A program made the position numbers and the translations under genes. The notes under the pieces are model-generated. The model was given only the letters and a program-made list of their open reading frames with translations, made no database searches and was not told where the DNA came from. Positions 6,664 through 15,168 of a stretch of 50,683 nucleotides of DNA are shown here, one piece after another. Position 1 is the stretch's first letter. Every line of letters starts with the position of its first letter. Source of the DNA: a virus. The stretch lies in the IMG/VR virus record IMGVR_UViG_3300047160_007712, positions 1 to 50,683 of that record; one strand, given 5' to 3'.

Positions 6664-7374
6664 ATGGCAAACCTAGAAATCGCCATCACCAAGGCCAAAG
6701 GTAAAGCGTTCGTCATCGACAAGGCCCGAGTCAATGCCCTGTTAGACAATCCCCGCATCCTTGAGGAAGCAGTGACCGTCTACCTCGGCGTCATGCTCAA
6801 CCTTGGCATGTCGAAGCTCCCGGCGACCAAGGAATTGACTGGCGAAGCCCTCGAAGCGGCACAAGCCAAGGCAATGGAAGTTGCCGAAGCAAACTTCGCC
6901 GCAATCGAGGATGGCAGCAAGATCGGCAAACGTAGCGGCAAAGCCAAGTCGAAGGCCAAGGAAGACCAAAAGGTCATCAACGAGGCCCTTCGTCTTTGCA
7001 GGGAAGTCGTGCGAGACCGCCTGAAGGCCGCTGGTATCAGACTAAATACCCGCAAAGCTTCGGAAATCACCGAAGCCGCGAAACGGTACTTTGCCGAAAG
7101 AGAGGACTTCTACATTGCCAAAGCCAAGACCAACCTCGCCGAGCGTGAGGCTGAGGTCGAAGCCAATGGCGATGCGGAGTTCGTCGACGCTATCCTCCCC
7201 AAGGCCGATCCGAAGAAACTTGCAAAACTGCAAGCGGAGAAGGCCGAACGGAGTGCGGAGGCCGCTGCCAGGGCGGCTGCGGGTTATCCCACCAAGCGTG
7301 GCCGCAAGGCCAAGTCCGCAAGGGCTTCAGTCCCAACGCGCAAAGGTGACACCCCGCAGCACGCCAGCCATTAA
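6664..7374 (+). CDS. Lys/Ala/Glu-rich hypothetical protein (236 aa)
   Basis: Track ORF. The antisense ORFs in this region have low-complexity shadow composition. Confidence 0.6.
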   Translation: MANLEIAITKAKGKAFVIDKARVNALLDNPRILEEAVTVYLGVMLNLGMSKLPATKELTGEALEAAQAKAMEVAEANFAAIEDGSKIGKRSGKAKSKAKEDQKVINEALRLCREVVRDRLKAAGIRLNTRKASEITEAAKRYFAEREDFYIAKAKTNLAEREAEVEANGDAEFVDAILPKADPKKLAKLQAEKAERSAEAAARAAAGYPTKRGRKAKSARASVPTRKGDTPQHASH

Positions 7375-7695
7375 AGCCCTACCACCACGCTCAACAGCAA
7401 AGAACAAGCCATGCACGAAGAAGCTTCGGCCGATCTGCACACTAAGTTCTGGATGTTGACAGTTATTGGGTCTGAGTAAACCCTAGCCTATCGCGGCGAG
7501 CAACGAGCAAGCAACGCTAAAGGCAAGGCAACGTCCCCCGACCTTGTTGACGCGACTAAGCTCCGGATCGCCGCGCTCTTCCTTGCTGCTAGCTAACGCC
7601 GCTTGCGGCGGCAAAAGCAACCAGCAACCAACTTCCACCAAGGCCATTGTAACGCACCGCACCAAGACAATGGCAAACCATGAAAGTAAGCCCAA

Positions 7696-8370
7696 ATGAC
7701 AAACCAAGAAATCGGGCGAAGTCTCGCTTCGTCTTTCGTCGAAATGGCGGCGGCCTTAGACAAACTCCCGCAAGTCGAGGCCGATCTCGCCGCCGCCAAG
7801 GCCGACAACGACTCCCTCAACGAGCGTATCAAATCCCTCGAGCAAATCAACAACTCCCTCGGCGAAAAGATCACAACCTTGGAGGCGTCCCTTGACGACT
7901 CCACCAAAAGCCACAACAGCGCTTCGAACGCTCGCTCGTTGCTTTTGGAGGAAGTTCGTAAGGTCATCGGCCAACTCGCCGTTGTGACTGACATCGTCGA
8001 CCCTCAACCGGTCCCTACTGTGTCATCGAGCGATACCGACACCAACGCGTCGATGAATGCCTGTTTAACTGGTGTCGAAACCACCTCGACTGCATCGTCT
8101 TCAGATAAACCAGCAACGAGCAGTGAGGCCCCATCCAGCCCTTTCGTCCCTCCGACATCCGAGCTTGGAACCGTCCATTCCTCGGATGGCAGTCAAGCTC
8201 CTTCGACGCCGACTTCGGGTTCTGACGAAAGCCCTGAAAGCCCAACGCCGCCCACTGTCACTCGCCCCTATTGGCTCAAGCCCTCCAACCAATCCTGGCG
8301 CGAATGGCGAGCTAACCACGGCGATGTCCCACACTGGGTCACCGACGACATGATGGACATTGCCAGCTAA
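7696..8370 (+). CDS. Hypothetical protein (224 aa): N-terminal coiled coil, S/T/P-rich linker, small C-terminal domain
   Basis: Track ORF. Heptad-like LAAAKADNDSLNERIKSLEQINNSLGEKITTLEASL. Confidence 0.6.
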   Translation: MTNQEIGRSLASSFVEMAAALDKLPQVEADLAAAKADNDSLNERIKSLEQINNSLGEKITTLEASLDDSTKSHNSASNARSLLLEEVRKVIGQLAVVTDIVDPQPVPTVSSSDTDTNASMNACLTGVETTSTASSSDKPATSSEAPSSPFVPPTSELGTVHSSDGSQAPSTPTSGSDESPESPTPPTVTRPYWLKPSNQSWREWRANHGDVPHWVTDDMMDIAS

Positions 8371-8386
8371 CCAACCCCAAGGAGCC

Positions 8387-8409
8387 GGGCGGGGCCAATA
8401 ACCCCGCCC
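8387..8409 (+). terminator. GC-rich hairpin after ORF 7696-8370, with no U tract
   Basis: GGGCGGGG (8387-8394) pairs with CCCCGCCC (8402-8409) around a 7-nt loop. Confidence 0.25.
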
Positions 8410-8420
8410 ACCAACTCGCC

Positions 8421-8642
8421 ATGATCATCTCCCTCCGCAAATGTGGCTCAATGTGGCTGTTCACCCTTGGCCGACTCAAATTCGGCTTCATGTTCTACCT
8501 CACCCGCCCACTCCCCATCACGCCCAAAGACCACGGCCTACTCGCAGTCGAGGCCGAGCTACTTCGCCCCCATCCGCCCTCCACCATGCACGGCCTCATA
8601 ACCAAACTCAACGCCCCCGACCCATGCCTTTGGACAGACTAA
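8421..8642 (+). CDS. Hypothetical protein (73 aa)
   Basis: Track ORF. The overlapping alternative frame 8441-8773 is P/R/H-rich low complexity. Confidence 0.45.
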   Translation: MIISLRKCGSMWLFTLGRLKFGFMFYLTRPLPITPKDHGLLAVEAELLRPHPPSTMHGLITKLNAPDPCLWTD

Positions 8643-8658
8643 CCCAGGATCGCCCCCA

Positions 8659-8832
8659 ATGCCCGAGCAAGAACAACTCGCCGTCACTGGCCTTCTCACC
8701 GCCATTCTATACGCGATCACGACCACCAAGCTCGATTGCTCAACATGGGAGCCGGGCGATAAGCGCAAGCTAGCCCTCGAGATCGAGGCGGCGATCATGA
8801 AATTCCTGGGGGTTAAAGAAGACTATGAATAA
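8659..8832 (+). CDS. Hypothetical protein (57 aa)
   Basis: My own translation: MPEQEQLAVTGLLTAILYAITTTKLDCSTWEPGDKRKLALEIEAAIMKFLGVKEDYE. It is below the track size cutoff and overlaps the next ATG by 8 nt. Confidence 0.45.
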   Translation: MPEQEQLAVTGLLTAILYAITTTKLDCSTWEPGDKRKLALEIEAAIMKFLGVKEDYE

Positions 8833-9163
8833 GCCCAAACCCCCACCCAAGTCCCGGCGCCCATCCCTGCCCCCATCCGCCCTCCCATCCGCCGCGCCCC
8901 CAAACGCCCTAAAGGTCTGGTGCCTGAACGGGCGCGACATCCTCGTCGAAATCCCCGGCCAACACGGCCCATACATCGAGTCCTTCAACTACGACCATCG
9001 CGCGATCGTCCACCTCTTCGGCCTTCTCGGCGCAACCCGCGTTGACGGTGACTTCGCCTCCAAAATCCCTGAAAGCTACATCGACTCCAAGTCCAGATCC
9101 ACGTCCGATGTCGCCAATGCAACAATGGATCGCATTCTCCTGCAAATGGGCTTGATCAAATGA
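8825..9163 (+). CDS. Hypothetical protein (112 aa)
   Basis: Track ORF. Its stop overlaps the next start (ATGA). Confidence 0.55.
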   Translation: MNKPKPPPKSRRPSLPPSALPSAAPPNALKVWCLNGRDILVEIPGQHGPYIESFNYDHRAIVHLFGLLGATRVDGDFASKIPESYIDSKSRSTSDVANATMDRILLQMGLIK

Positions 9164-9501
9164 CCCTGGACGACCTAATCTCCGAACTAACCGCCCGCCA
9201 CTACCGCCTTCACTACCTCCGCCAGCCACGCCCAACCATCTGGGAAGCCCTCGTCTGTTGCCCGCTTGAACAATCCGTCAACGGCTACACCAACGCCATC
9301 GGCTACGGCCAATCCTATTCCCCTGTCCGCGCCCTCGCCGATGCCCTTGACGCCGTCGAGCGCGATCCCACCATCGACATCTTCGAACCTGCCGAAAACG
9401 CCCCATCCCCACCTCCCGCCCGCCTCGACATCATGGCCATTGTCCGCGCCGGCGAACCTGCTGAAACCCCCTCGCCCTTCACCCCGCGGAGGCTTTCATA
9501 A
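9160..9501 (+). CDS. Hypothetical protein (113 aa) ending in FTPRRLS
   Basis: Track ORF, translationally coupled on both sides. Confidence 0.6.
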   Translation: MTLDDLISELTARHYRLHYLRQPRPTIWEALVCCPLEQSVNGYTNAIGYGQSYSPVRALADALDAVERDPTIDIFEPAENAPSPPPARLDIMAIVRAGEPAETPSPFTPRRLS

Positions 9502-9731
9502 TGCGCCATTACGAAACCACCGCAGGCTACGTGACCCGCCAAGAGAACTTTGCAAAAATCCTCGAACTCATGCGCGAACTTGAGTCCTGCTTCTACGTCG
9601 CGGCCCATCTCCACCTCACCGAGACCGGCCATCGTGACGCCAACATCGCCACCGGCTTTCGTGCAATGGGCCAACTCATGTCTCGTGCGCGCGACCAAGT
9701 CCTCGCCCTCGGTCAAGGTCGGCTCTCTTGA
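9501..9731 (+). CDS. Hypothetical protein (76 aa)
   Basis: Track ORF. Its stop lies inside the -35 of the next promoter. Confidence 0.55.
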   Translation: MRHYETTAGYVTRQENFAKILELMRELESCFYVAAHLHLTETGHRDANIATGFRAMGQLMSRARDQVLALGQGRLS

Positions 9732-9756
9732 CAACACATCCATTATATGGTATACT
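9728..9756 (+). promoter_or_regulatory. Second strong sigma70 promoter
   Basis: TTGACA (9728-9733), a 17-nt spacer ending in TGG, and TATACT (9751-9756). The flanks resemble the promoter at 5016 (TTGACAAC...TGGTATA). Confidence 0.7.
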
Positions 9757-9784
9757 ATCCATACAATCCAAGGAGACCGCCCCC

Positions 9785-10102
9785 ATGTCCCTTCCCACTC
9801 GCCTAGACGCCTACCACGACTGCATCGACATCTTCGACGCCGCAGTCGCCAACACCAAGGGCCGGCGCGTTGCCTTCGCAACCCGCGAGAAGGCCAACAT
9901 CTTCCAACTCCGCATGTGTAACGCCCGCAGACTTCACCGCGAAGAGTCAACCCGCCTCTACGAGCGCGACGATCCACAATGGGGCCGATCGCCCTACGAT
10001 CGCCTCGTTGTTCGCAAGCCCGTTGAAGACGAAGCGGGCGAATGGTGGGTCTACATTGAGCCCCATGGCTCCGACATCCTCGCGGTGGAGGATGTGGCAT
10101 AA
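9785..10102 (+). CDS. Hypothetical protein (105 aa)
   Basis: Start moved to ATG 9785, which has AAGGAGA 7 nt upstream. The track start at TTG 9728 is the promoter -35. Confidence 0.6.
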   Translation: MSLPTRLDAYHDCIDIFDAAVANTKGRRVAFATREKANIFQLRMCNARRLHREESTRLYERDDPQWGRSPYDRLVVRKPVEDEAGEWWVYIEPHGSDILAVEDVA

Positions 10103-10315
10103 ATGATCGCCCGCGAAACCCTCCGCGAACTCCTTCACCGCGCGACCGAGGAAGCCATCGGCCTTTACCTTGAAACCAACAACGTCAACGCCCTACTCCA
10201 ACAAATCACCAACGACTTCCCAGGCATTCGCGATCGCCTCAACCTCATGATCTGCAAACCTGCGCTCCCCAACACCATCTTCATCATCCGCCGAACCACC
10301 GAGCTGCCACTATGA
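10103..10315 (+). CDS. Hypothetical protein (70 aa)
   Basis: Track ORF that abuts the previous stop. Its own stop overlaps the next ATG. Confidence 0.55.
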   Translation: MIARETLRELLHRATEEAIGLYLETNNVNALLQQITNDFPGIRDRLNLMICKPALPNTIFIIRRTTELPL

Positions 10316-10578
10316 CCCACCATACCGGCAACGTCCACGGCCACGTTCGCCACAATCCCGATAACAAGACCGGGGTGTTGATGTGCGTAACTCTGTTGGA
10401 TGTCGGCAATCTAACAGATTGGGAACGGGAGTTTATGTCGAGCATCTTGAGTCAAATCGAGCACCACCCCGTGAAGTATCGGCTGTCACCCCGACAATAC
10501 GCGAGCCTAATGCGCATTTGGCACACGCGAGGCGGTTGGCGCAGGCAGCCCAAGAAAGGACAGGAGATAGCCTCATGA
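10312..10578 (+). CDS. Hypothetical protein (88 aa)
   Basis: Track ORF, ATGA-coupled at both ends. Confidence 0.55.
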   Translation: MTHHTGNVHGHVRHNPDNKTGVLMCVTLLDVGNLTDWEREFMSSILSQIEHHPVKYRLSPRQYASLMRIWHTRGGWRRQPKKGQEIAS

Positions 10579-10757
10579 CCCCCTCCCAATTCCACCGCAC
10601 CAACATCTCCCTCCACTCCTCTGATGTTGAATACCTCAAATCCACCTTCGGCCACGGCTGGACCACACACCTCCGCGACATCATCCACCAAGAGGTCCGT
10701 GCGATCCAATCTCGCATCGCCCCAACATTCCGGAAACCCCCCAATGCCGCCAAATGA
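10575..10757 (+). CDS. Ribbon-helix-helix (CopG/Arc-like) DNA-binding protein candidate (60 aa)
   Basis: ATG 10575 with GGAG 8 nt upstream. MTPSQFHRTNISLHSSDVEYLKSTFGHGWTTHLRDIIHQEV fits a strand-helix-helix layout. Confidence 0.45.
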   Translation: MTPSQFHRTNISLHSSDVEYLKSTFGHGWTTHLRDIIHQEVRAIQSRIAPTFRKPPNAAK

Positions 10758-11007
10758 AATCGACATCCTCATGGCGCGAATGGCCGAGATCAACGCCAAA
10801 GACCCCCCACTCGACGCCTCCGACATCGCCACCCTCATCGCCAACGCCCGGCGCCAACGCCAGCTCAAATCCTCTGGCACTAAGCCCTCTCGCGCCAAAG
10901 CCGACATCAAATCCATCCTCGACATCGTTCGCGCCGCCGAGGCCACCGAACCTGCACAATCCTCCCCCTCCTCTTCCTTCACCTTCACCCCTCGCCGACT
11001 GCCATAA
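10744..11007 (+). CDS. Hypothetical protein (87 aa) ending in FTFTPRRLP
   Basis: ATG 10744 in the frame of track ORF 10624-11007. Begins MPPNEIDILMARMAEINAKD. Confidence 0.5.
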   Translation: MPPNEIDILMARMAEINAKDPPLDASDIATLIANARRQRQLKSSGTKPSRAKADIKSILDIVRAAEATEPAQSSPSSSFTFTPRRLP

Positions 11008-11011
11008 GCCC

Positions 11012-11971
11012 ATGACATTCCCCCAAGCCCAAGTCCCCACCCATCCATCTCCCTTCCTCCCCAACACCAAACTCCAATTCGCCTGGGACTCAACCTCCCT
11101 CGGCGACCTCAAGCGCTGCCCACGATACTACCAATACACCACCCTAGAAGGCTGGACCACTCGCCGTGAAGCCACCACCCTCCGTTTCGGGGCCGAATAC
11201 CACACCGCGCTCCAAGACTACGAGCTCGCCCGAGCCCAAGGCCAAGACCATGAAAATGCACTGGTCAACTGTATTTCTGCTCTCTTCACTCGCACTTGGG
11301 ACTATGCCGCCCTTCACGACGACGACCGCTACCGCACACGATCTAATCTTATCTGCCTTGTGGTTGATTACCTTGATCAACATGGTCCCAACGATCCCGC
11401 GCTGACCTACATCAAATCCGACAACACCCCTGCGGTTGAGCTCACCTTCAAATTCACCCTCGACTACGGGCCCGAACCCTCCCACCCCTACCTCCTCTGC
11501 GGCCATCTCGATCGCGTCGTCACCCTCAACGGCGCCCTGCTCGTCATGGACCACAAGACCACAACCAAACTCATCTCGGAGCGCTACTTTGACCAATGGG
11601 AACCCAACAACCAAATGTCCCTCTACACCCTCGCTGGACGACTTATCCTTGGCGCTCCGATACGCGGAGTGGTTATCAGCGCTGCGCAAATACTGCTTGA
11701 AGCACCCAACCGCTTTGTCCGAGGTTTCACATACCGGACTCAAGATCAACTTGACGAATGGCTTGGTGATCTCCGTGTGCTTCTGCGAGTCAACGAGGCC
11801 TATGCTTCCGCAGATCACTGGCCCATGAACGACACGGCCTGTGACAAATACGGCGGCTGTCGATTTCGCGAAATCTGTTCCAAGTCCCCCGATGCTCGCC
11901 CACGTTTCCTCAAATCCGATTTCACCCAACTGGAGCCTGAACACCGATGGAACCCCCTCAAACCCCGATAG
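11012..11971 (+). CDS. PD-(D/E)XK (Cas4/RecB-like) exonuclease with a Cys cluster (319 aa)
   Basis: GHLDRVVTLNGALLVMDHKTT (D...D-x-K core), QMSLYTLA, an N-terminal Cys in LKRCPRYY, and C-terminal CDKYGGCRFREIC. Start trimmed to ATG 11012. Confidence 0.7.
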   Translation: MTFPQAQVPTHPSPFLPNTKLQFAWDSTSLGDLKRCPRYYQYTTLEGWTTRREATTLRFGAEYHTALQDYELARAQGQDHENALVNCISALFTRTWDYAALHDDDRYRTRSNLICLVVDYLDQHGPNDPALTYIKSDNTPAVELTFKFTLDYGPEPSHPYLLCGHLDRVVTLNGALLVMDHKTTTKLISERYFDQWEPNNQMSLYTLAGRLILGAPIRGVVISAAQILLEAPNRFVRGFTYRTQDQLDEWLGDLRVLLRVNEAYASADHWPMNDTACDKYGGCRFREICSKSPDARPRFLKSDFTQLEPEHRWNPLKPR

Positions 11972-12153
11972 TTGAACACGTCATCTTCAACTGCACAGTC
12001 GACCGCGATGACCAAACCCAATGGTTTGAACTCACCAACATCGGCGCTCGATGGTTCTGCTCTGGCCACAGCTTTAAAGCTGGCGACCATATCAAAATCA
12101 TCATGGAGAAAGTCCCCGCCGATGTTCGTTCAGATCGTAATCACCCGCACTGA
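11947..12153 (+). CDS. Hypothetical protein (68 aa)
   Basis: Track ORF with globular-looking composition. It overlaps its neighbours by 25 and 32 nt. Confidence 0.4.
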   Translation: MEPPQTPIVEHVIFNCTVDRDDQTQWFELTNIGARWFCSGHSFKAGDHIKIIMEKVPADVRSDRNHPH

Positions 12154-12292
12154 CGCCGGCGATTTCAAAATCACCTTCTTCGACGAAACCGGCGTTGTCC
12201 TCGTCGAGCGCATGACCGACATCGGCCTATCCGACACCATCTACACCTGGCTCCAAGAACTGCGAGTTCCCAACAATGACATCCCTCGCTGA
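12122..12292 (+). CDS. Hypothetical protein (56 aa)
   Basis: ATG 12122 within track ORF 11972-12292. Begins MFVQIVITRTDAGDFKITFFDETGVVLVERM. Confidence 0.45.
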   Translation: MFVQIVITRTDAGDFKITFFDETGVVLVERMTDIGLSDTIYTWLQELRVPNNDIPR

Positions 12293-13109
12293 TCACCATT
12301 CCACCTCCATCGTCAAACTGCTGCTCCTCGGTGACGCCAAAGTCGGCAAAACCGGATCACTCATTAGCTTAGTTAACGCTGGCTACAAACTCCGCATTCT
12401 TGATTTCGACAACCTCCTAGATTACTTCTACCAACTTGTCAAGGAACAATGCCCCGACAAGTTGGATAACGTTGAATACCGAACCCTACGCGATCCAATA
12501 AAGGCCGGCCGAGAAGGTCCAGTGTATGATGGCAAACCCACAGCGTGGATCGACGCCATACGCATGCTGGACGATTGGAAATACGACGACGTTAACCTCG
12601 GCGACCCAAGCAAATGGGGGCCGGACTGTATCCTAGTCATCGACAGCCTCTCGCGAATGTGCGACGCAGCGTATGCCTTCCACGTCAGCATTGACAAAAA
12701 CCAAGACGGCCGCGCCGTCTACCACAACGCCCAAAGGAACGTCGAGAAAATCCTAGGAATGCTCACGGCTGGATCATTCAACACCAACCTAATCATCACC
12801 TCCCACGGCATGATCATGGAGATGGATGACAAGAAGAAAAAAATCTACCCATACGGTGTGGGCGAGAAGCTAAGCCCAAAAATCCCCAGCTACTTCCCAA
12901 ACTACATCCGCTACAACCTCGACATAAATGGCAAACGCACAATTGAGCTCGAAGGCGACAACATGATCGCTCTAAGTGTCGGACGCCAATTCAATCGCAA
13001 AGACCTCCCCATCTCCACTGGCCTCGCCGACTTCTTCGCCGCATTCCGAGAACCACCCGGCAAGAACACTACCCACCCCAAGGTTCTCACCCTCCAACGG
13101 AAGGCCTAA
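12276..13109 (+). CDS. RecA-fold P-loop ATPase, AAA_24/Sak4-like (277 aa)
   Basis: Walker A LLLGDAKVGKTG, then RILDFDN, and Walker B-like CILVIDSLSRM. Confidence 0.65.
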   Translation: MTSLADHHSTSIVKLLLLGDAKVGKTGSLISLVNAGYKLRILDFDNLLDYFYQLVKEQCPDKLDNVEYRTLRDPIKAGREGPVYDGKPTAWIDAIRMLDDWKYDDVNLGDPSKWGPDCILVIDSLSRMCDAAYAFHVSIDKNQDGRAVYHNAQRNVEKILGMLTAGSFNTNLIITSHGMIMEMDDKKKKIYPYGVGEKLSPKIPSYFPNYIRYNLDINGKRTIELEGDNMIALSVGRQFNRKDLPISTGLADFFAAFREPPGKNTTHPKVLTLQRKA

Positions 13110-13110
13110 C

Positions 13111-13284
13111 ATGCCCGAACACCCTCCCGGCCTTATCACCTTCGACCAGCTCCTAACCTGGCACGGTTACTTCAAACAAGTCACCGATCCCTCGGCCGAG
13201 ATCCGTCAAACCATCCACCAACTTGAACTCCGCCTTCTCGAAATCGTCACATCCTTCAACGCACAACAAGGCCCAATTCAATGA
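13111..13284 (+). CDS. Hypothetical protein (57 aa)
   Basis: ATG 13111 in the frame of track ORF 12976-13284. Its stop overlaps the next ATG. Confidence 0.45.
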   Translation: MPEHPPGLITFDQLLTWHGYFKQVTDPSAEIRQTIHQLELRLLEIVTSFNAQQGPIQ

Positions 13285-13790
13285 ACGATAACACCGACAG
13301 GAACCTCTTCGCCTCGATCCTCGACGCCTCAGTCGACCACGTCGAACTCCCCAAAGCCCTACCTGAGGGCGCTTACCGTGGCATTGTCGGCCTCGCGACC
13401 TACGACAAATCCAAAAACAAAGGCACCATGTTCGTCCGCTGGCCGATTTCATCCATTGAGGCCGTTGAAGCGCCCAAGTCCATGACCGAGGACGAATTCG
13501 CCGAGGCGATCGAGGCCGCGGGTGGTCTAGAGGGCAAATCCATCGACCACACCATCTACATCACCGAGCGCAACGCCTTCCGCATTGATCAATTCCACTC
13601 CCACTGCGGACTCAACCTTAAGGAAACCCACCGAGCCGGCGCATCCCGCCGCCAGCTCAATGACCAAGTAACCAACGCCGAGGTCGGGTTCATCATCGAG
13701 CACCAATTCCCCGAAGGGGCCGATCCCGATGATCCCGAAACTCCGCGGTTCGCCCGTATCGCCCGGACATACAACCTCTCCGATGAATAA
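13281..13790 (+). CDS. DUF669-like putative ssDNA-binding protein (169 aa)
   Basis: LPEGAYRGIVGLATYDKSKNKGTMFVRWPI fits the DUF669 pattern as I remember it. The gene also sits next to the Sak4-like ATPase. Pattern-level only. Confidence 0.45.
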   Translation: MNDNTDRNLFASILDASVDHVELPKALPEGAYRGIVGLATYDKSKNKGTMFVRWPISSIEAVEAPKSMTEDEFAEAIEAAGGLEGKSIDHTIYITERNAFRIDQFHSHCGLNLKETHRAGASRRQLNDQVTNAEVGFIIEHQFPEGADPDDPETPRFARIARTYNLSDE

Positions 13791-13850
13791 AAGCAGGGCC
13801 TGACCAAGCCCACGGTTAGGGTGTGGGTTACCCCTAACCACACCCAGACT

Positions 13851-13884
13851 GGGAGGGCACTACGCCAGCACTTAGCGCCCTCCC
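13851..13884 (+). terminator. Hairpin after the SSB-like ORF
   Basis: GGGAGGGC (13851-13858) pairs with GCCCTCCC (13877-13884) around an 18-nt loop, followed by ACTTTC. Two mutually exclusive 8-bp hairpins precede it at 13814-13845. Confidence 0.3.
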
Positions 13885-13906
13885 ACTTTCACGGAGACCA
13901 AGCCCA

Positions 13907-14074
13907 ATGGATGGTATCGCCCTAGTCATCGCCCTCATCGCCCTCACGCTTTCCGTTGTCAACTTCCTCGCCATCACCAGTGAAATCCAAGACCGCGCCC
14001 AGAACATCTCCCAGCTCTACGACGACATCACAAAGTGGATCAAGGACATCTACGCCGACATGGCGCGCCGATGA
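13907..14074 (+). CDS. Small membrane protein (55 aa)
   Basis: My own translation: MDGIALVIALIALTLSVVNFLAITSEIQDRAQNISQLYDDITKWIKDIYADMARR. GGAG lies 10 nt upstream, and the stop overlaps the next ATG (ATGA). Confidence 0.55.
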   Translation: MDGIALVIALIALTLSVVNFLAITSEIQDRAQNISQLYDDITKWIKDIYADMARR

Positions 14075-15168
14075 CACGCATCGTCCTTATCGGCGAGGCC
14101 CTTGGTCAAGAAGAGGTCCGCACCGGCGCGGCGTTCGTCGGCTCCTCCGGCGGCGTTTTGCTCAAAATGCTCGATGAAGCCGCCATCCTCACCCTCGACC
14201 ACACTGATCGCAGCTTGCTGGGCCAATACTACCGCACCCGCAATCCCAAACTCAATGCCAAAATCTGGGAACGCCACCCCGATGTTCATCGCACTAACGT
14301 CTTCAATCTCCACCCTGAAGGCAATGACCTTGCCACTCTTTGCGGCCCTAAGTTCCTTGGGCTGGACGATTATCCACCTCTGGCAAAATCCAAATACGTC
14401 TCACGCACCTATGCGCCCGAACTTGCCCGGCTTGCCGATGAACTTCTCGCCCACAACCCCAATCTGGTGGTTTGTCTTGGCAACACTCCCCTTTGGGCTC
14501 TCTCTGGCCGGATTGGGATTAAAAAGTTCCGGGGGACAACTTTCAACTCTGACCATTGCGTTGCTGATTTTAAGTGCCTTGCCACTTATCATCCTGCTTA
14601 TATCATACGCCAATGGCGCGATCGCTCCATCGTCATCGCCGACCTGATCAAAGCCCAACGGGAAGCCCACTCCCCAACCATAGAGCGCCCACACCATGAC
14701 ATCTGGATCGACCCGACGCTCGATGATATCGCGGCGTTCAATGCGAAATATGTTAACCAATCCCGACTCTTGTCTGTTGATATTGAGACTTCAGGCCAGC
14801 GTGTTACATGCATTGGATACGGATACAGCGAAGTTTCTATTGTTGTTCCATTCGATGACCCCAGAGCAGCGGGAAGAAGTTATTGGCCTACTCTGGCAGA
14901 TGAACGAGGCGCTTGGCAGATTATCAAACGGCTGTTGGAAGATGCAACAGTTCCCAAACTATTCCAAAACGGCCTCTACGACATAGCGTTTCTCTACAGA
15001 TCAATGAACATCCACGTCCTGGGCGCGAGTGAGGACACCATGCTCGCCCATCACGCCCTTCAGCCCGAAATGATCAAAGACCTGGGCTTCCTCGGCTCCA
15101 TCTACACGACGGAGCAAACATGGAAACACCTCGGCAAACGGGCGAAAACCATCAAAGGCGACAATTGA
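14071..15168 (+). CDS. DNA polymerase part 1: family-4 UDG-like domain plus the 3'-5' exonuclease ExoI/ExoII motifs (365 aa)
   Basis: LIGEALGQEEVRTGAAFVGSSG and LATYHPAYIIR are UDG4-like. SVDIETSG is ExoI, and QNGLYDIAFL with EDTML is ExoII. Start trimmed to ATG 14071. Confidence 0.75.
   Translation: MTRIVLIGEALGQEEVRTGAAFVGSSGGVLLKMLDEAAILTLDHTDRSLLGQYYRTRNPKLNAKIWERHPDVHRTNVFNLHPEGNDLATLCGPKFLGLDDYPPLAKSKYVSRTYAPELARLADELLAHNPNLVVCLGNTPLWALSGRIGIKKFRGTTFNSDHCVADFKCLATYHPAYIIRQWRDRSIVIADLIKAQREAHSPTIERPHHDIWIDPTLDDIAAFNAKYVNQSRLLSVDIETSGQRVTCIGYGYSEVSIVVPFDDPRAAGRSYWPTLADERGAWQIIKRLLEDATVPKLFQNGLYDIAFLYRSMNIHVLGASEDTMLAHHALQPEMIKDLGFLGSIYTTEQTWKHLGKRAKTIKGDN

Noticed and set aside
7483-7994. 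Minus-strand ORFs 7483-7707 and 7593-7994
   Set aside because: They are antisense to a coiled-coil plus-strand gene, have no RBS, and lie in the wrong orientation for this arm.
10754-11011. N-terminal extension of the exonuclease ORF
   Set aside because: The extension is P/S/T low-complexity and overlaps the better ORF 10744-11007. The conserved part begins at ATG 11012.
9315-11112. Long antisense ORFs (9315-10100, 10452-11093, 10681-11112)
   Set aside because: They lie opposite a tightly coupled chain of plus-strand genes and have R/G/W-rich shadow composition.
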